Shown: positions 24,601-37,896 of the stretch, one piece after another
Layout of the letters: the number at the start of each line of letters is the position of its first letter
How positions within the stretch are numbered: position 1 is the first letter of the stretch
Source of the DNA: Spironucleus salmonicida
Taxonomy: Eukaryota
Reading direction: 5' to 3'
NCBI RefSeq assembly: GCF_000497125.1
Contig: NC_090599.1
Span: forward strand, 1,116,001-1,180,000
Length of the DNA: 64,000 bases
Translations under genes and position numbers: made by a program
Notes under the pieces: model-generated
Told to the model about the DNA's origin: nothing
Databases searched by the model: none
What the model saw: only the letters and a program-made list of their open reading frames with translations

Positions 24601-25558
24601 CATTGCAATAATAATTTACTCTGCAAGTAATTAAACCATCCATACAAAAATTTCTCCTACAAGTTACTTTTACTGAATTTCTATGCAAAAAATATCCATA
24701 TCTACACTCCTCATATTCGCCTGACGATGAACATTTTATAAAATTTTAATACTCTTTATTCTTACCACATTAGCATATTCGATTAATACTAATATTATCA
24801 CAACTCCTACATAATTTATCAGCATTACAATAAAATGAAGGATTACAAATTTATGTTGCTGAATTTTAGCAAAATCCAGGTGATAAACAAGAACCTGATG
24901 AACGTGAAAATTCTTATAGACATGTATAACACTAATTAGTTAATGTACTGCATTGAGCACAGTTAGGGAACATATATCCATTGTATTGGCATTCTGCATA
25001 TTATCCATTAGGGGTTGCACAACTAATACCTCTCAATGAAGATGGGTAGCAGTAAGTACATTCCTTACATTTATTGCTCATGCAACTCCCGAAGTCGTTT
25101 GTATTACTGCATATCCCATTAATAAGATGCAAACTAGGAATACATTATGCAAAGAAAGGACCTTTACACGCCATACATCCTGAATAATATTTTCCTCCAC
25201 AATTACATTTTTCTAACACCGATATTGAGTTACACTATTCACACTTTCCTGCACTTCTTGCGGAACAATAGTATGTATCTGGGCAATTTTCATCATTTAC
25301 GTTGCAATTTGACTAAATTTATTCGCAAGATTTACCTTTTAGAATATAACCTTTTATACATTTATTGCACTCTATGCCATTACATCTGGCACAGTTTAAA
25401 CGTATATTATCCGCACAATTACAATAATATCCAATAGGCTGATTTTCATGGCATGCTTTACATACGGTATCATCCTTATTTTTTAATCCTGGACAGTAAG
25501 AGTTAAATTCACATTCATTGGTAGTTAGATATAATGCACAGGTCCCTTCTTTGTTCAT
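21692..25558 (-). pseudogene. large cysteine-rich membrane protein (CXC/CXXC repeats, C-terminal TM), disrupted
   Basis: MNKEGTCALYLTTNECEFNSYCPG...; ends ...LFAVLVILISIAGIIFYYIKRPKHLSFQHNMGV; frameshift near 25220; in-frame TGA at 24350-52 and 23447-49. Confidence 0.8.
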
Positions 25559-25783
25559 TTTGAAAATGATCAAATATAATTGAATCCTGTTTACTATATT
25601 ATTTATGTTTTATATTTTACAAAACTATCTCTAAATAATACAAATATATTCCATAAAAGTTAAAAAAATATTACTTTTTAAAGGTTACTAGTATTATAAA
25701 TATTATATAATTAATCAACAAAATTTGTTTATTAAAAAATTCACAACGGAATTAATACCAATTCATCATACTATTCTCTAAAA

Positions 25784-28700
25784 ATGTCAGGATTCTATGA
25801 TGAAACCCTGTCAAATAAATCCTGCGCTATGTCACAATCATGTATATCCGATATAGTCAATAGTAATTGTGTAGCGTGCTCTTTCGTTAATAGTGGCAGG
25901 TTTTGTAAATGCCGACATGGTGATGAATAAAACTCCCGTAATTGCAGTATAAACGGATGTTAATGGTGTGTTGCTATGTACACGCAAAACTCTGAAAATC
26001 ACTGTGTAACTAATTTCGCATCCACATATTAAGAAATTTGTGCGAACGGTTTTCGTCCTAAAGAAGGTATTAGAGAGCTCACAGTTTGTATTCGCTGTGG
26101 TTGGGGAGAAAAGTTACGCTGAAAATGCAGAAGAATACCCAACTGCACTTATTGCACCGATTCGGGTATTGAATGCTTGCAGTGCATGAAAGGCTTCTCT
26201 CTTGACCAAGGTAACTGCATTGCGAATACTAATATTTATGATTAGCATGGAAACTCATCGACGTGTCACACGGGTTTCTTCTGCGATAGTAATTCTGGAA
26301 ATTTATGCACTAGTTGCAGCAAAATTACTCATAATAAGACGTATAAGTGCACGGAGAATTTGATCAAAAATTGTATTCAATGTGACAGCTAAAAATCATA
26401 TTGCGTAAAGTGCATCGAAGGTTACGAGTTAGTATTCGATCATTGTGTGAAGAGGAGATGTGGTTTTTTTTAAACACTCAAAACTGCGCTTATGGCTTTT
26501 ATTGTAAAGAAAACTCATAATAAAATGCTGTTTGCGTTAAATGTGATGGAAAATAAGAATGATATTGTGGCAATGTTAAAGGATGCTATACTTGTGGACT
26601 CAGGGAACATACATGTGCTTCTTGTCTACCAGGTCTATATTTGAAAAGCTATTTATGTGTTAAGGCCGTAATATTTGTGGATAAGATTTTGATTCTTCAA
26701 ATTGCACCACAGGATTTTACTGTTAAAAAGCATTTGGCGAAGCTTGCGAGTCTTGCTAAAATATTAATTAAAATAAAGCTTGTAGATGCGGCATAAATTT
26801 TATTTCAAATTGTGCAGAATACTTGGATAACAAATGTATAAGATGTCGATAAGGACTATAATTGGTTAATGATATATGTTTGTCAAATACTTGTACTGCT
26901 AGTTCTAGCTCGGCATAATGTGCAATAAATAGCTATTGTCCACTAGCACCGACTGGATCCAAGGTTATATGCTAATAATGTTATAAAGATTCTCCTGTAT
27001 CATGCAGCTGTGGTACTGCCTAAAACTGTGCTACATGTAACTCATCTAATAATACATGTTTCTTATGCATTAAAGGGTTTAAATTAGTATCTGGGAAATG
27101 TGTACGAAAATAAAATATTTGCGATATAGAAAATTTATCTACACAATGTAAATCAGGTCATTTCTGTAATGGTTCGTTTTCAGATTTATGTAGTTCTTGT
27201 GATAACATAAGTATAGATTTGTATTGTAACTACAATGGAAACCTTCTTTAGTAGTGTAAATAATGCTATAATAATATTTACAGCGAATATCTATAGGGAT
27301 ATACTCCAATAAATAGAAAATGTATGTTAAATGTATGTGACTAATCTCTATCTAACGAAAAATGCATTAATGGTTATATTTGTGTTTCTAGGAGTAATCC
27401 TAATGATTCATGCTAACAATGCATAGAATCTCAAATTGTATCATGCAAATGTGGTACTGCTATTCACTGCGCTACTTGCGGGAGATCCTCAAATACATGT
27501 AAAAAATGCGTACCAGGGCTTGAAATAATTACTTAGACCCAATCTTGCGGTGAAAAACAAGTAGGTGATAATATTTGTGACGAAAATCTAACATCAAACA
27601 GTAGCTATACCAATTATTTTTGTAACGCAAAATAAAGAGAAAAATGCACACCATGTTCCAACCTTCCGGAAGGCAAAGCTTGTAAATGCTTAAACAAATT
27701 ACTAATAAACTGCAGGTATTGTAGTGATAGTTAATGCACAATATGTATTTTTGGAATCTGCTAACCAAACACATGTGGCTCCAAATACCTATCAGGATTT
27801 TATTGCCCTGATGGTGGATCTAAATAGACGGCATGCCGGACATGTTCCTTAGACAATCATGATCCATGCGTATGTAGGTAAGCAACGAACTGTCAATCGT
27901 GCACAAATCTGAAAAACTAGTGCTACACATGCATTGAAAAGTTTGTGCTTATTAATGGGCTTTGCTTATTGCCACCAAACTGCGACGTCCTACACATGTG
28001 CCCAATTGGCTAGCTTTGCAGCGAACTCAAGTGCAGGCCGTGTTTCGACTAGTAGATCACATGCTCCTGCGGTGACGCCGTGAATTGCCAGAACTGCGGA
28101 CAGCAGGGCGCGTGCCTGCACTGCATCAATGGCTGGCTGCAGGATATGAACGGGAACTGCAAAATTCCTATCTGTACGATGCCGATGCACCGAGACTAGT
28201 ACTGCGCTGCGCCAGAATCCCCACAGCCGTGTTCTTCAAACCCACTTGTGATCAACACAATGCAACACAAGTGTAATTGTGGCATCACAGAGCCAGGAGA
28301 TGCTGTGGTGGGCTGTGCAAACTGTGAGCTGATCAAGGACGCCTGCAAGCAGTGCATGAAGGAGCATACACTGATGGGCGGGATATGCATTTTCACTCCT
28401 GCAGGTTACAAGGGCAGCTGCGACGACACCGGGAGCTCGAGATGGTGCGCGGAGGGGCTTGGGTGCAAGAATTACGGATAGTGCGTAGACTGTATATAGC
28501 TCAGGCTTGATATGGAGTGCAAATGCTAAGATGATGTTAGGCAGGTCAATTGTGCGGTATGCGACGGTAAAAGCTGCAAAATATGCGTTGATGGCGCTGT
28601 TTTGATGGACAAATAGTGTAGGCGAAGTTGCGATACAAATATGGAATGCGAATAGGTTGAAATGTGTTTTAATAATTTATGCATACCTTGCGATGGTACA

Positions 28701-29027
28701 CTAACATGTAAATGCGGCATAAGCGAGAACTGCAAAAGGTGTAGTGCTGATAATAGGTGTAGTAGCTGTATGAATGGTTATATTTAGGATCCAAATCAGT
28801 CTTGTGCTGATTGTGCTGTCGGGTATTCTTAACTTAGTATATTTCCTTCAATCTGTTAGATTATAAATCCGGAAGACAAAACTCTTAGTACTCTTGATAT
28901 AGTTGGGTTAGTATTTGCTGGACTGATCATAATTTTAACAGTTTGTCTTATAGTATACTAATACTTGGCTAAACCTAAAAAATATTATCAGTAGCATAAT
29001 CTTAAGGCACTTTAAAACAATTAATGA
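25784..29027 (+). pseudogene. large cysteine-rich membrane protein, 5' part disrupted
   Basis: C.CG...NC..C repeats; TM IVGLVFAGLIIILTVCLIVY; in-frame TGA at 26120 and 26560; frameshifts near 26470 and 26665; Cys-to-Tyr changes. Confidence 0.8.
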
Positions 29028-30094
29028 GCCAATTAATTTAATAGCGTTAATATCAATTTTATTAGTGTAAAATTCTTTTTGGTAGATAATTCAAAATATA
29101 GACTACTATTGATCTATATGAAAAATTATTATAAATATAATTATTTTTTCGAGCAATTATAGTAGTAAATAATGTATAATATTAGTTTTCTGCTAATTTT
29201 ATCAATGATATTCTATTTTAAATTTCATATATATAAATATACTAATAAAATTTTGTTATAATACAGTAATAAAACGAAGTACAGATGCTTAATCTTTTAA
29301 TTATTATAGCTATTTAAAGTAGTATTGATAATCAATTAAGCGATTATTAAAAAAGGTTCTATTACAGTCAATAATAGCAGGTAATATGCGATTATATTGT
29401 TTTACTTTTTTATGAAGAGAAAATTGAAGCTAATAAATAAAATTAATGAGATTAAATGCAAATATTAAACTATAACCATAAACTTTTATTAAAAACACAT
29501 AAGTTGTAAAATAGATTCTAGTATCCTTAATTACTAAGAGTATATTAGTAATTTCGTATTATTCGGTACATCTTATTAATTAGTATTATTTAATATGATA
29601 CTAAAATTATATATTATTATAACTTGACGACAAAGTATTTTTATGAGTAATTTTGCTAAGTTTATATAAAAAATAATAAAATGATATTTTTTATTTTCAT
29701 TATTAAAGTGTATTCACTATAAAATCCAGAAATTTGCATTCAATTGCTAACTAAACAGTGATAAGAAATAAATTTGCCATTGAATTTTTATTAAATGCAT
29801 GTCATTTTAGTATAACTATATTATATATGCACATTTAAAATGCTAGTGTAATAATATTAATAGATTATATTACTAAAGTAGATATTTTTGAGAATATTGA
29901 TGAATATAGTTCAGAATAAATTGAATTATAGAATAATATTTAGAAAAATTGCACTCTATTAATATTAACATAAAGCAGAATCTAAAAATAATTATTAATA
30001 GATTTATCTATAATCAATTGTAGCATAAAATTCATATTATTTTTAATGAAATTAATTGTTAAATATAATTTACAAAAATAAATCTTCATTAAAA

Positions 30095-30922
30095 ATGACA
30101 AGAGAAACCAAATGTACGTAAGGGGAAAATTCTTGCCCAGCAAATACATTTTGCTAAATATATAACTCAAAAGATGTAAATTGTATCTCTTGTATAAGCG
30201 GTATAATAGGAAATAGTAATGGCTGTAACTGCTTGGATAGTGCTATGATGTTACATTGCTAATTGTGTTAAGATGGAAAATGCATCTAATGTAGTAAAGG
30301 TTATTAAATAAAAAATGATCAGTGTGCTATGTAATAAACATTACCTATTTATTACAAAAATTAGAATAAACCACCAATTACATGTGAGACAAACAAATAT
30401 TGTAGATAATATAACGCTGGATATTGTGATTTAACCATTAATTAATGTGTACCTTGCTAATCTGGCTGCAACACTTGTACATCTGCCACTTTTTGTGCTA
30501 CTTGTGATTTTTAATTTCATTCTACTGTAACAACTATAGATGGAAGATGCACTACATAGTGTGATTATTTAGAAGTGGGGTAATATTGTAAAGAAGGAAT
30601 ACCAACAGTTTGTGACAATAATGCAACTTCAGAATGTAATTGTGGGAATGCTCCAAATTGTGCCACTTGTAATTAAGATAATAGTTCATGTGGTACATGT
30701 TTACCTAATTTTATTATTAATCATTATGGTAGATGCGTAACTTGCGTTTAAGGTTATGAAAAAGTAAGTGAAATGTGTATTAAAATAGAGACTACTCTAG
30801 ATATCCCATCCGGTAACAAAATAAGTGGAAGTGTAATAACAGGTGTTATTATTGGGATTTTATCGGTAATTTTATTAGAAGGATGTATTATTTACTTTTT
30901 CATAAAGAAAACAAAGAAGTGA
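30095..30922 (+). CDS. cysteine-rich membrane protein, CRMP1-like (275 aa)
   Basis: CXC/CXXC repeats, TM (VITGVIIGILSVILLEGCIIYFFI), C-terminal KKTKK matching the [KR][KR]x[KR][KR] tail of Spironucleus CRMP1. Confidence 0.88.
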
Positions 30923-31477
30923 TAGAATATTAACACTACTAGCAGAGCATGAATAAGACACATAAAATTATAATAATGCAATATTATATGATAAGACTAA
31001 TACATGTTTTTTCAATCTAAATAGTGTTTAATATCAATTTTATAATATAAACTATCTCTTTTGGTAATACAATTCACTAATTATTTTTTATTAGGAAATA
31101 TTCTACTTTAAATAATATAAACGTGCTAATCTAAAATAGTTATTTTTATTAACTAAGTAAAATACATTACTTCTTTATAAAAATATATTTAATTTAATTA
31201 AACGTGTAAATAATAGAATTTGAGATTAGCTTCTATTAATATACAGTTAAATACGGACTTTCAATTATACCAATATACAATTTATACTAATTGATTAATT
31301 TAATAAAAACTTGTATTATAGTAATTAGTTCATTATGAATAACATAATTATTGATCGATTTATTACTATATTTTAAATCTGCTTCTATCATTTATACATA
31401 TCATTTTTTAAAATTGTTATTAATAATATTATATATTAAATATTATAGTTTAATACTTTCTCCTCAAACCTCTAAAA

Positions 31478-32230
31478 ATGTCCTCTTACGACTCTGACTG
31501 TGGTATGTTTGGCCCAGACGGAAATGTCTACTAGATTGATTACGCAAATAAAGCAATAGAATTACATGGCCTGGGCATAGCTCTCAACCTCTAAAATACC
31601 ACAGTTTTTTCTGTTTTATGCAAAAAAACTTCCCCACTCGAAATACCCTGTTCAACCCGTTATTTCTAACTCACAGATGATGTTTACGCTTGTGTAGTAG
31701 GGTCTTTGCCAGATGGCCGTGCAGCTCTTGAAACTTTATCAAACTCTCTCAATCAATTCACTACTTATAACGATATTTCCCCTCCAATTTCATTTATTAC
31801 AGACACACTTTCCTCAATTTTCGAACGTTTCACCCATTATTCTCAGGCCCGCCCGTATGGATGCTCAATTTTTGTCTCCAATGGAGTTGAACTATATTCT
31901 GTCGTACCTTCAGGTGAAATATTTGCTAATTATGCATGTGTAGCTGGATAGAAATGGTAAAATGCACGTGTAGAGGTAGAAAAGTTGATGGGCGAAGAAG
32001 CTTCCACTGTTGACCGTTATGGCCACTTGAAAAGAAGTAAAAACGAGGGAGGCAAGCTGAAAAAAATGACCGAAAAGGAGGGAGTGGAAAAGGCATAAGA
32101 AGTTATAAAAGTGGTCATTGAAGATATTGATAATTTGATGTATATCGAAAGTTTGGTTGTTAGGAGTGGTAGAGAGAGTTAAAAATCAATTTTAGAGCTT
32201 GAGACTGTTGGTGGTAGTGTTGTAGAGTGA
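31478..32230 (+). CDS. PSMA3: 20S proteasome alpha subunit, probably alpha7
   Basis: MSSYDSDCGMFGPDGNVYQIDYANKAIE alpha N-terminal motif; GLLPDGR; ARPYGCS; QNARVEVEKL. Confidence 0.88.
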
Positions 32231-32838
32231 TGTCGGTTTTTTAATTCCAAAAAAATAAATATATGATTTTATAAACATATGTCAGTGTTTGTGATTGTAT
32301 AAGTGCCCAATAATCTAAATTACTTTACATGGTTGATTGGTATCTAGTAGTAGTTAGAATAATAGTTAGGTATAATAATATAATAGTATGTATTTTGTAA
32401 TACACTTCCTGAAAAATAATATTAACAAATTATATAAATATAACGGATATACAAACATTTTGCATAACCCATAAGTATTTTTTCAATAATTTTTTCTACT
32501 TATACAAGGTTATAATTTATATAATATTAAATGCTTGGATTCATGTGTCAGGGTATCGTAATGTTTAAATATTAATAACCACTAATAATATCATAATATA
32601 ATTCTTTTATTGGTTTTTATTTGAAATTTATATTTATAATAATAAAAATAACATTGTTAAATAACGCTCAAAATCTAAAGAACAAACTGTAGATATTTTC
32701 ACATTAGATGATTTTTATAATAGAATATAACATTATTCTTCACAAACCACAAATTAAATATATTTATTTTTAGTATGCCTTTAATATTATATAATATTTA
32801 ATATTTTGATTTAAAAGAATTTTTTACATATCCGCAAA

Positions 32839-33828
32839 ATGGGAGCTGGTTCTACTACTAGTAAATGTGATAAATGTGGTCATAGCATTAAAATTGAAAA
32901 ACAGTCTGAAGTTTTTGTAGTCCCCAGCGATAAATTCTCTAAGGCTGCTGAGCGTATTTACTTAGCATGTAAGGGAGCTGGTACTGATGAAGCAGCTATC
33001 ATCTCAGTTATGACTACTTTTAAGTCTGATGAGAGAGCTAAAGTATGCACTGCTTTTGAAAAAATCTATAGCAAGAACATGATTGATGTTCTCAAAAAAG
33101 ATTTATCTGGTAACTTTTAAAATCTTGCTGTTGAAATGTTCACTGGTGAAAAATATACTAAATGGGCTGAGTTCATCCAGGCTACTATCAAAGGTGCAGG
33201 TACTGACGAGAAGCGTTTAATCCCTCTCGTTTTCTTGATGACCGACGAAGACCAGGTTAAGGTCTAGTCTGAGTTCAAGAGACTTTACAAAGAGGATATG
33301 GTTGAGAAGATCGTAGCTGATATCGGTAGTGCAGACTGGTGCCAGTTAATCAAAGGTTGGATTAAGGCCAAGAGTACTGGTAATGCTGATGCTGAAGGTT
33401 TAGCTGACGAGCTTTTCGAAGCTGCCAAGGGTGCCGGTACTGATGAGGAGACTTTCATGATTGTTCTCTGCAAATGTACCCCCGCTTTATATGTTGAAGT
33501 ATGCAAGGTATTTGCTACCAAGTATAACAAGACCCTCGGTGACGTCATCGAGAAGGAAATGTCCGGTAAAAACGAGCATACCTTCTTGCTTGCCCACTAC
33601 ACCTTGCTTGACAGAAGACAAGCAATTGCTTATTAACTTAAGAAAGCACTTAAAGGAGCTGGTACTGACGATAAGAGCCTTGTCCACCTTACAATCTTAT
33701 TCTCAGACCTCGTTAAGGGCGGTGTCCTCCAGTAGGCTTATTCCTAATTTGGTGATATCGCTAAAGATATCAAGGGAGATCTCTCTGGCAACTATGAGAA
33801 AGCTATTTTAGCTTTCTGGGGCCTGTGA
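32839..33828 (+). CDS. annexin (329 aa) with MGAGS myristoylation-type N-terminus
   Basis: Four KGAGTD(E/D) annexin repeats, DLSGNF, EMSGK, DLSGNYEKAILA; in-frame TAA/TAG read as Gln. Confidence 0.95.
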
Positions 33829-34496
33829 TTCCAAATTTAGTTTTATTTATTTATACTACATTGCTAATTTTATATGATAAATTTAGACTCATTTAAAAGT
33901 AAATATAAGCATTGATATTACTTACTATAATAAGGTTTACTATCCAAACTCTCAACACCTTATGTATTGTAGAAAATAGAAGCATTTAATAAATCTAAAG
34001 TAATAATATAAATTGATTTTTAGAAATTTTATGTATAAAAACATGAAAAACATATTAGTTTAAAAAAGTTTATTATTTTTAGTCAATTATTTGAAAATAA
34101 CAATAACTATTGAATTAAGCGCACTAGTAATATCAAATAATTTATTATTAATAACTTGATTTAATATTATTTTATGTTTTTCGTCAAAAAGAATTAGAAT
34201 TATGTTTCGGATAAATAAATATGTAGTTTCTTGATAAGATACACGCTAATAACCAGATAGTTTTATTTAAAAATAAATATATTTAAAAATAACCAACTCA
34301 TTATATTAATCTATTTTCTAATCTTATTTATATTTTAAGTTTGAAAATATTTAACTACAAAGATAAATATTGAAAAACAAGCGTTATAGTGATACTTATT
34401 TATAATTTTAAAACTTAATATGTTGTAAATATTATATAATAATAATTTTCTAAAATATAGATGTAAGATTATTTTAGTCTGCTGCGTGATAATATA

Positions 34497-35043
34497 ATTC
34501 ACCAAATTTAGTGTTACAGAGTTCACAGGTGATGCCAGGTTTTGTCAGTTTAAGGCATATGTTACAGGAGAAGAATTCGGTCTTCTCGCGAGGCAGTTCG
34601 TGGTCCTCATTGTCGTCGTGACAGAGTCTGCACGGGTAAATTTTCTTGCAGTCGAAGCATTGCTTACTGCAGTTTCGTAGGTAGTGCGTGCAGCCGGTCG
34701 AGGTGGACAGGTAGTTCCTGGCGTAAATAGTTTCGGATGGTGCCAGGGCAGATAGCCGGGGGTTTTCGAGGAGTTTGCTGTAGTTGAGCTAGTTTTGGTA
34801 GTCTGTTAGCTCTGGGTCGTAGTGCGAGACAGGCAGGTGTCTGTAGGTTAGCAGCAGCTCCTCGCGCTGCTGCTTTTCGCGCTCGGGAGAGAGGACCTGG
34901 TAGACGAAATCTTTAAGTACTATGTGGTCCTCCTCGATGTCCGGATCGGAGCACCCGGGCTTCAGCTTGAACACAAACCTGCGCACGATTTCGTTTTTGA
35001 AAGACATTTTAGAACGGTTGGCGAAAAGCAATCGGAAGTTCAT
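34497..35043 (-). CDS. CHY zinc-finger protein, apparently truncated after the CHY domain (3' end uncertain)
   Basis: GCTHYLRNCSKQCFDCKKIYPCRLCHDDNEDHELPREKTEFFSCNICLKLTKPGITCELCNTKFGE, then an abrupt switch to AT-rich sequence. Confidence 0.75.
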
Positions 35044-35065
35044 ATTATACGGCAAGCATCATATG

Positions 35066-35773
35066 TCAAAAATCGATCGCATTCTGATGATTGGTATGAG
35101 CGCGGCGGGCCTTGGAGCAGATGCTGGCCAGCTTGCTTGATCGGCTGGGTGGCAATTTGTTGCATTCTGCATTCTGATGGCGTATCGTTGGAATGTTAAT
35201 CTCGGCATTTTCAGAGTGCGGCCTCAGCGCTAGATCTGTCGTTGCCATCATGGAGCTGGAACGCACGCGCGGGCTGTTAAGCATGCGCACCGATAGGTCC
35301 TTCTGCTGTCTGGCGGAAACCGAGTAGGTGCTAGCCTTGGTCGGTATTTCTATCGTCATGGGCGCGGTGTTAAAGCCAGAGAACATAATGTCCTGCTTTT
35401 TGTTTTTGGGGGACTGCACTCTGTTGACAAGCGCATATATCCTGGAGTTGAGGCATACGCTGGTTTTGCTTTTGGTCGGGGACCGGCCTTTGTAAATCCT
35501 GTCCAGGGTGCGCATCCTCTGCTGCGTTTCTGCCCGGACGAAGGCGTCAAAAATGCAATCATCGACTATCTTCGCGCAGATGGCGATGTGCTAGTTGTAC
35601 AATGGGGTGATAAGGCCCATCTCTGCGTCGATTTGCTACACTAACTCCTCGCACGCCACGGCGCACCTACGTTACAGTATCTCCTGCTGCTCGAGGGTGT
35701 AGGACTGGTTGTTCGACAGGAGCTGAATGAACACCGTGGAGTCGGAGCTGTCCACTAGCGATACGAATGACAT
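35066..35773 (-). CDS. hypothetical protein (235 aa)
   Basis: Code 6 extends track ORF 35066-35515 to MSFVSLVDSSDSTVFIQLL... Confidence 0.7.
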
Positions 35774-35977
35774 TTTGTAAATTTTATAATTCTAATTTCG
35801 GCAATATTACTATTTGGCTTCAGATTATCACTTTGAGCCATTCGAGAGTTTTGTTCCCAAAATGTTCGATTTGGGTCCAGGATCATCTCGCAGTGCAGAC
35901 CCATGATGGTGGTGTAACCCGGTAGGCGATGGTCCACGCATCAGGCTTGATACCCGTGGCATAATCCACCCAGACCC

Positions 35978-36322
35978 ATGTCGGTCCACGCCGGATATTT
36001 GTAGTATTGTATTCCACTATACGCTCCCAAAGAAATGCTCGGCCTGAACGACGCGGGGGCGCGCTGCGTTCCCTAGCTGCTGCGCCAGATCCGCCTCGCC
36101 TCCCCGGCCCAGGACCCCGTCGTGCACCGCAACTTCCTCCGCCAGCAGGCACGCCCGTTCCCCACCAGCAGCCTGCGCGTGAGGATCACCTGCCAGAAGA
36201 CCGCCGCCAAGAAGCTGCTCGCGCGCGTGGCCGACCTCGCCGAGCGCTCCCACCAGATCGACCTGAAGGTGAAGCGCATGATCCAGCGGCTGGACTTCCT
36301 GGTCGGTATCAACGAGCTGTGA
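35978..36322 (+). CDS. hypothetical protein (GC-rich; start 35978 or 36035)
   Basis: MLGLNDAGARCVPQLLRQIRLASPAQDPVVHRNFLRQ...GINEL-TGA; strong G/C bias at third positions in this frame. Confidence 0.6.
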
Positions 36323-36331
36323 CCGCTCCGA

Positions 36332-37234
36332 ATGCAGCTGTACCGGCGCCTCCGCTTGCCCCGACTCCAGGGCAGCCGCACCCCCTGCACCCCGGCCGGG
36401 GACCAGAACCACCTGCTGCGGCTCTCGGACCTCTTCGCCTCCGCCTCACCCTTCGCGGCCCAGTACCTCCCGCAGGTGCAGGCCCTCGCCGCGGACTTCG
36501 GCATCCCCTACGCGCCGCTGCAGCTCCAGGTGGTCACCAACGCCTTCTCCGGCGACCCCGAGGTGCTGCTGCTCCTGGACGTGCGGCGCGTGGCGGCGGT
36601 CCTGCAGCGCACGATGGAGCACCACGCCGCCGCGGCCCAGTTCGGCTGCCAGCTGGCGCGCACGGTGCAGCACGACCCCCCGGGGGCGCCCCTGCGTGGT
36701 GCCGCGGGACAGCTGCTGGACCACCTCTGCGGCTGCGCCTTCTGGGGCCAGGGCCCGCGCACCCCCGCATCCTACCTCGCCTGGGGCCTGCGCTACCTGG
36801 GCCACCACAGCGCGCCGGGCGTGCGGCTGCTGGCGGGCTTGCTGCAGGACCCGGACGCCCAGCAGATGGCGGCGGAGGGCCTCGTGGCCGCTGCGGGCGC
36901 GGACCCCTCCCTGCTCCCGGAGCTCCTGACCTGCCTGCCCGTGTCCCACGCCAGCTGCGACGCCGTGCTGCAGGTGGCGGAGGAGCTGGCCTTCGCGCCG
37001 GACATGGCCGCCTTCTTCGTCGCCCGGTGCGGCGAGATGGTCCCCCTCTGCGCATCCTTCGAGCGGCGTGCGGCCTTCCTGGACTGCCTGCGGGCCTGCA
37101 TCGCACACCTGTCCGCCGAGGACTACCTGGACCTGGGCGGGTGCCTGACGGGCCTGCTGGCAGCCTGGGACGACGAGGACCTGCGCGAGCGGATGGACCT
37201 CATGGGCGAGGACTTCGGGGTACATCTATTTTGA
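36332..37234 (+). CDS. hypothetical alpha-helical protein (300 aa), very GC-rich
   Basis: Only overlapping frame with normal amino-acid composition and G/C-ending codons. Confidence 0.7.
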   Translation: MQLYRRLRLPRLQGSRTPCTPAGDQNHLLRLSDLFASASPFAAQYLPQVQALAADFGIPYAPLQLQVVTNAFSGDPEVLLLLDVRRVAAVLQRTMEHHAAAAQFGCQLARTVQHDPPGAPLRGAAGQLLDHLCGCAFWGQGPRTPASYLAWGLRYLGHHSAPGVRLLAGLLQDPDAQQMAAEGLVAAAGADPSLLPELLTCLPVSHASCDAVLQVAEELAFAPDMAAFFVARCGEMVPLCASFERRAAFLDCLRACIAHLSAEDYLDLGGCLTGLLAAWDDEDLRERMDLMGEDFGVHLF

Positions 37235-37896
37235 GTGATCGCATTATCTAAGTACTTACTGCAATGCGCATTCTAGCCGAATTAGTTAATTTATATTGTA
37301 CTAAGTGAGCAAAAGTAATTTGACTGATTTAATAGTTTAATGCTAATTCGAGCTGTGGTTCCCTAAAAAAAGCTGCAAGTCTGTTAATTTTTTACATACA
37401 TCGCAGAGATAAACTTTTCGGTGTTAGTTTTATTTCTGTAAGAAATTCACTGGCTCTAATTTTGAGATTATTAATTTAAAATTAAAGTTATTAAAATCGA
37501 AAATGATATTTATCGACGATCTTTTAGGAATTTTCGCGAAGCTAATACCGATTTGAATCCTAGCTTCAATACCCTATTTTAACCTAAAGGAAACTGCTTT
37601 CTTAAGGGTAAAGTCCAGATTTTCTAAAAGTTGCATTTTGAATTCAGCTTTTCGCTCCGATTTTTCTTATAGACAGAAGTTTATATTTTCCCCTATTAAG
37701 CAGCCCGCAAATCCGAAAATCTCTACTAATTACATCCAATTAATTGAAAATTTAACTCTCCGCTCCACCCTAAATTTCACAAACTCCACACATTATTATA
37801 CATTAATTACAACAATTTACGAAATTCCCTTATTTTTCTTTTCTTTCCACTCCACAATTTTTAACTACCATTATTATATACCCAATTGACATCCCA

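Noticed and set aside
36007-37251. 414-aa and other overlapping Pro/Arg/Gly-rich ORFs
   Set aside because: Shadow frames of high-GC coding sequence
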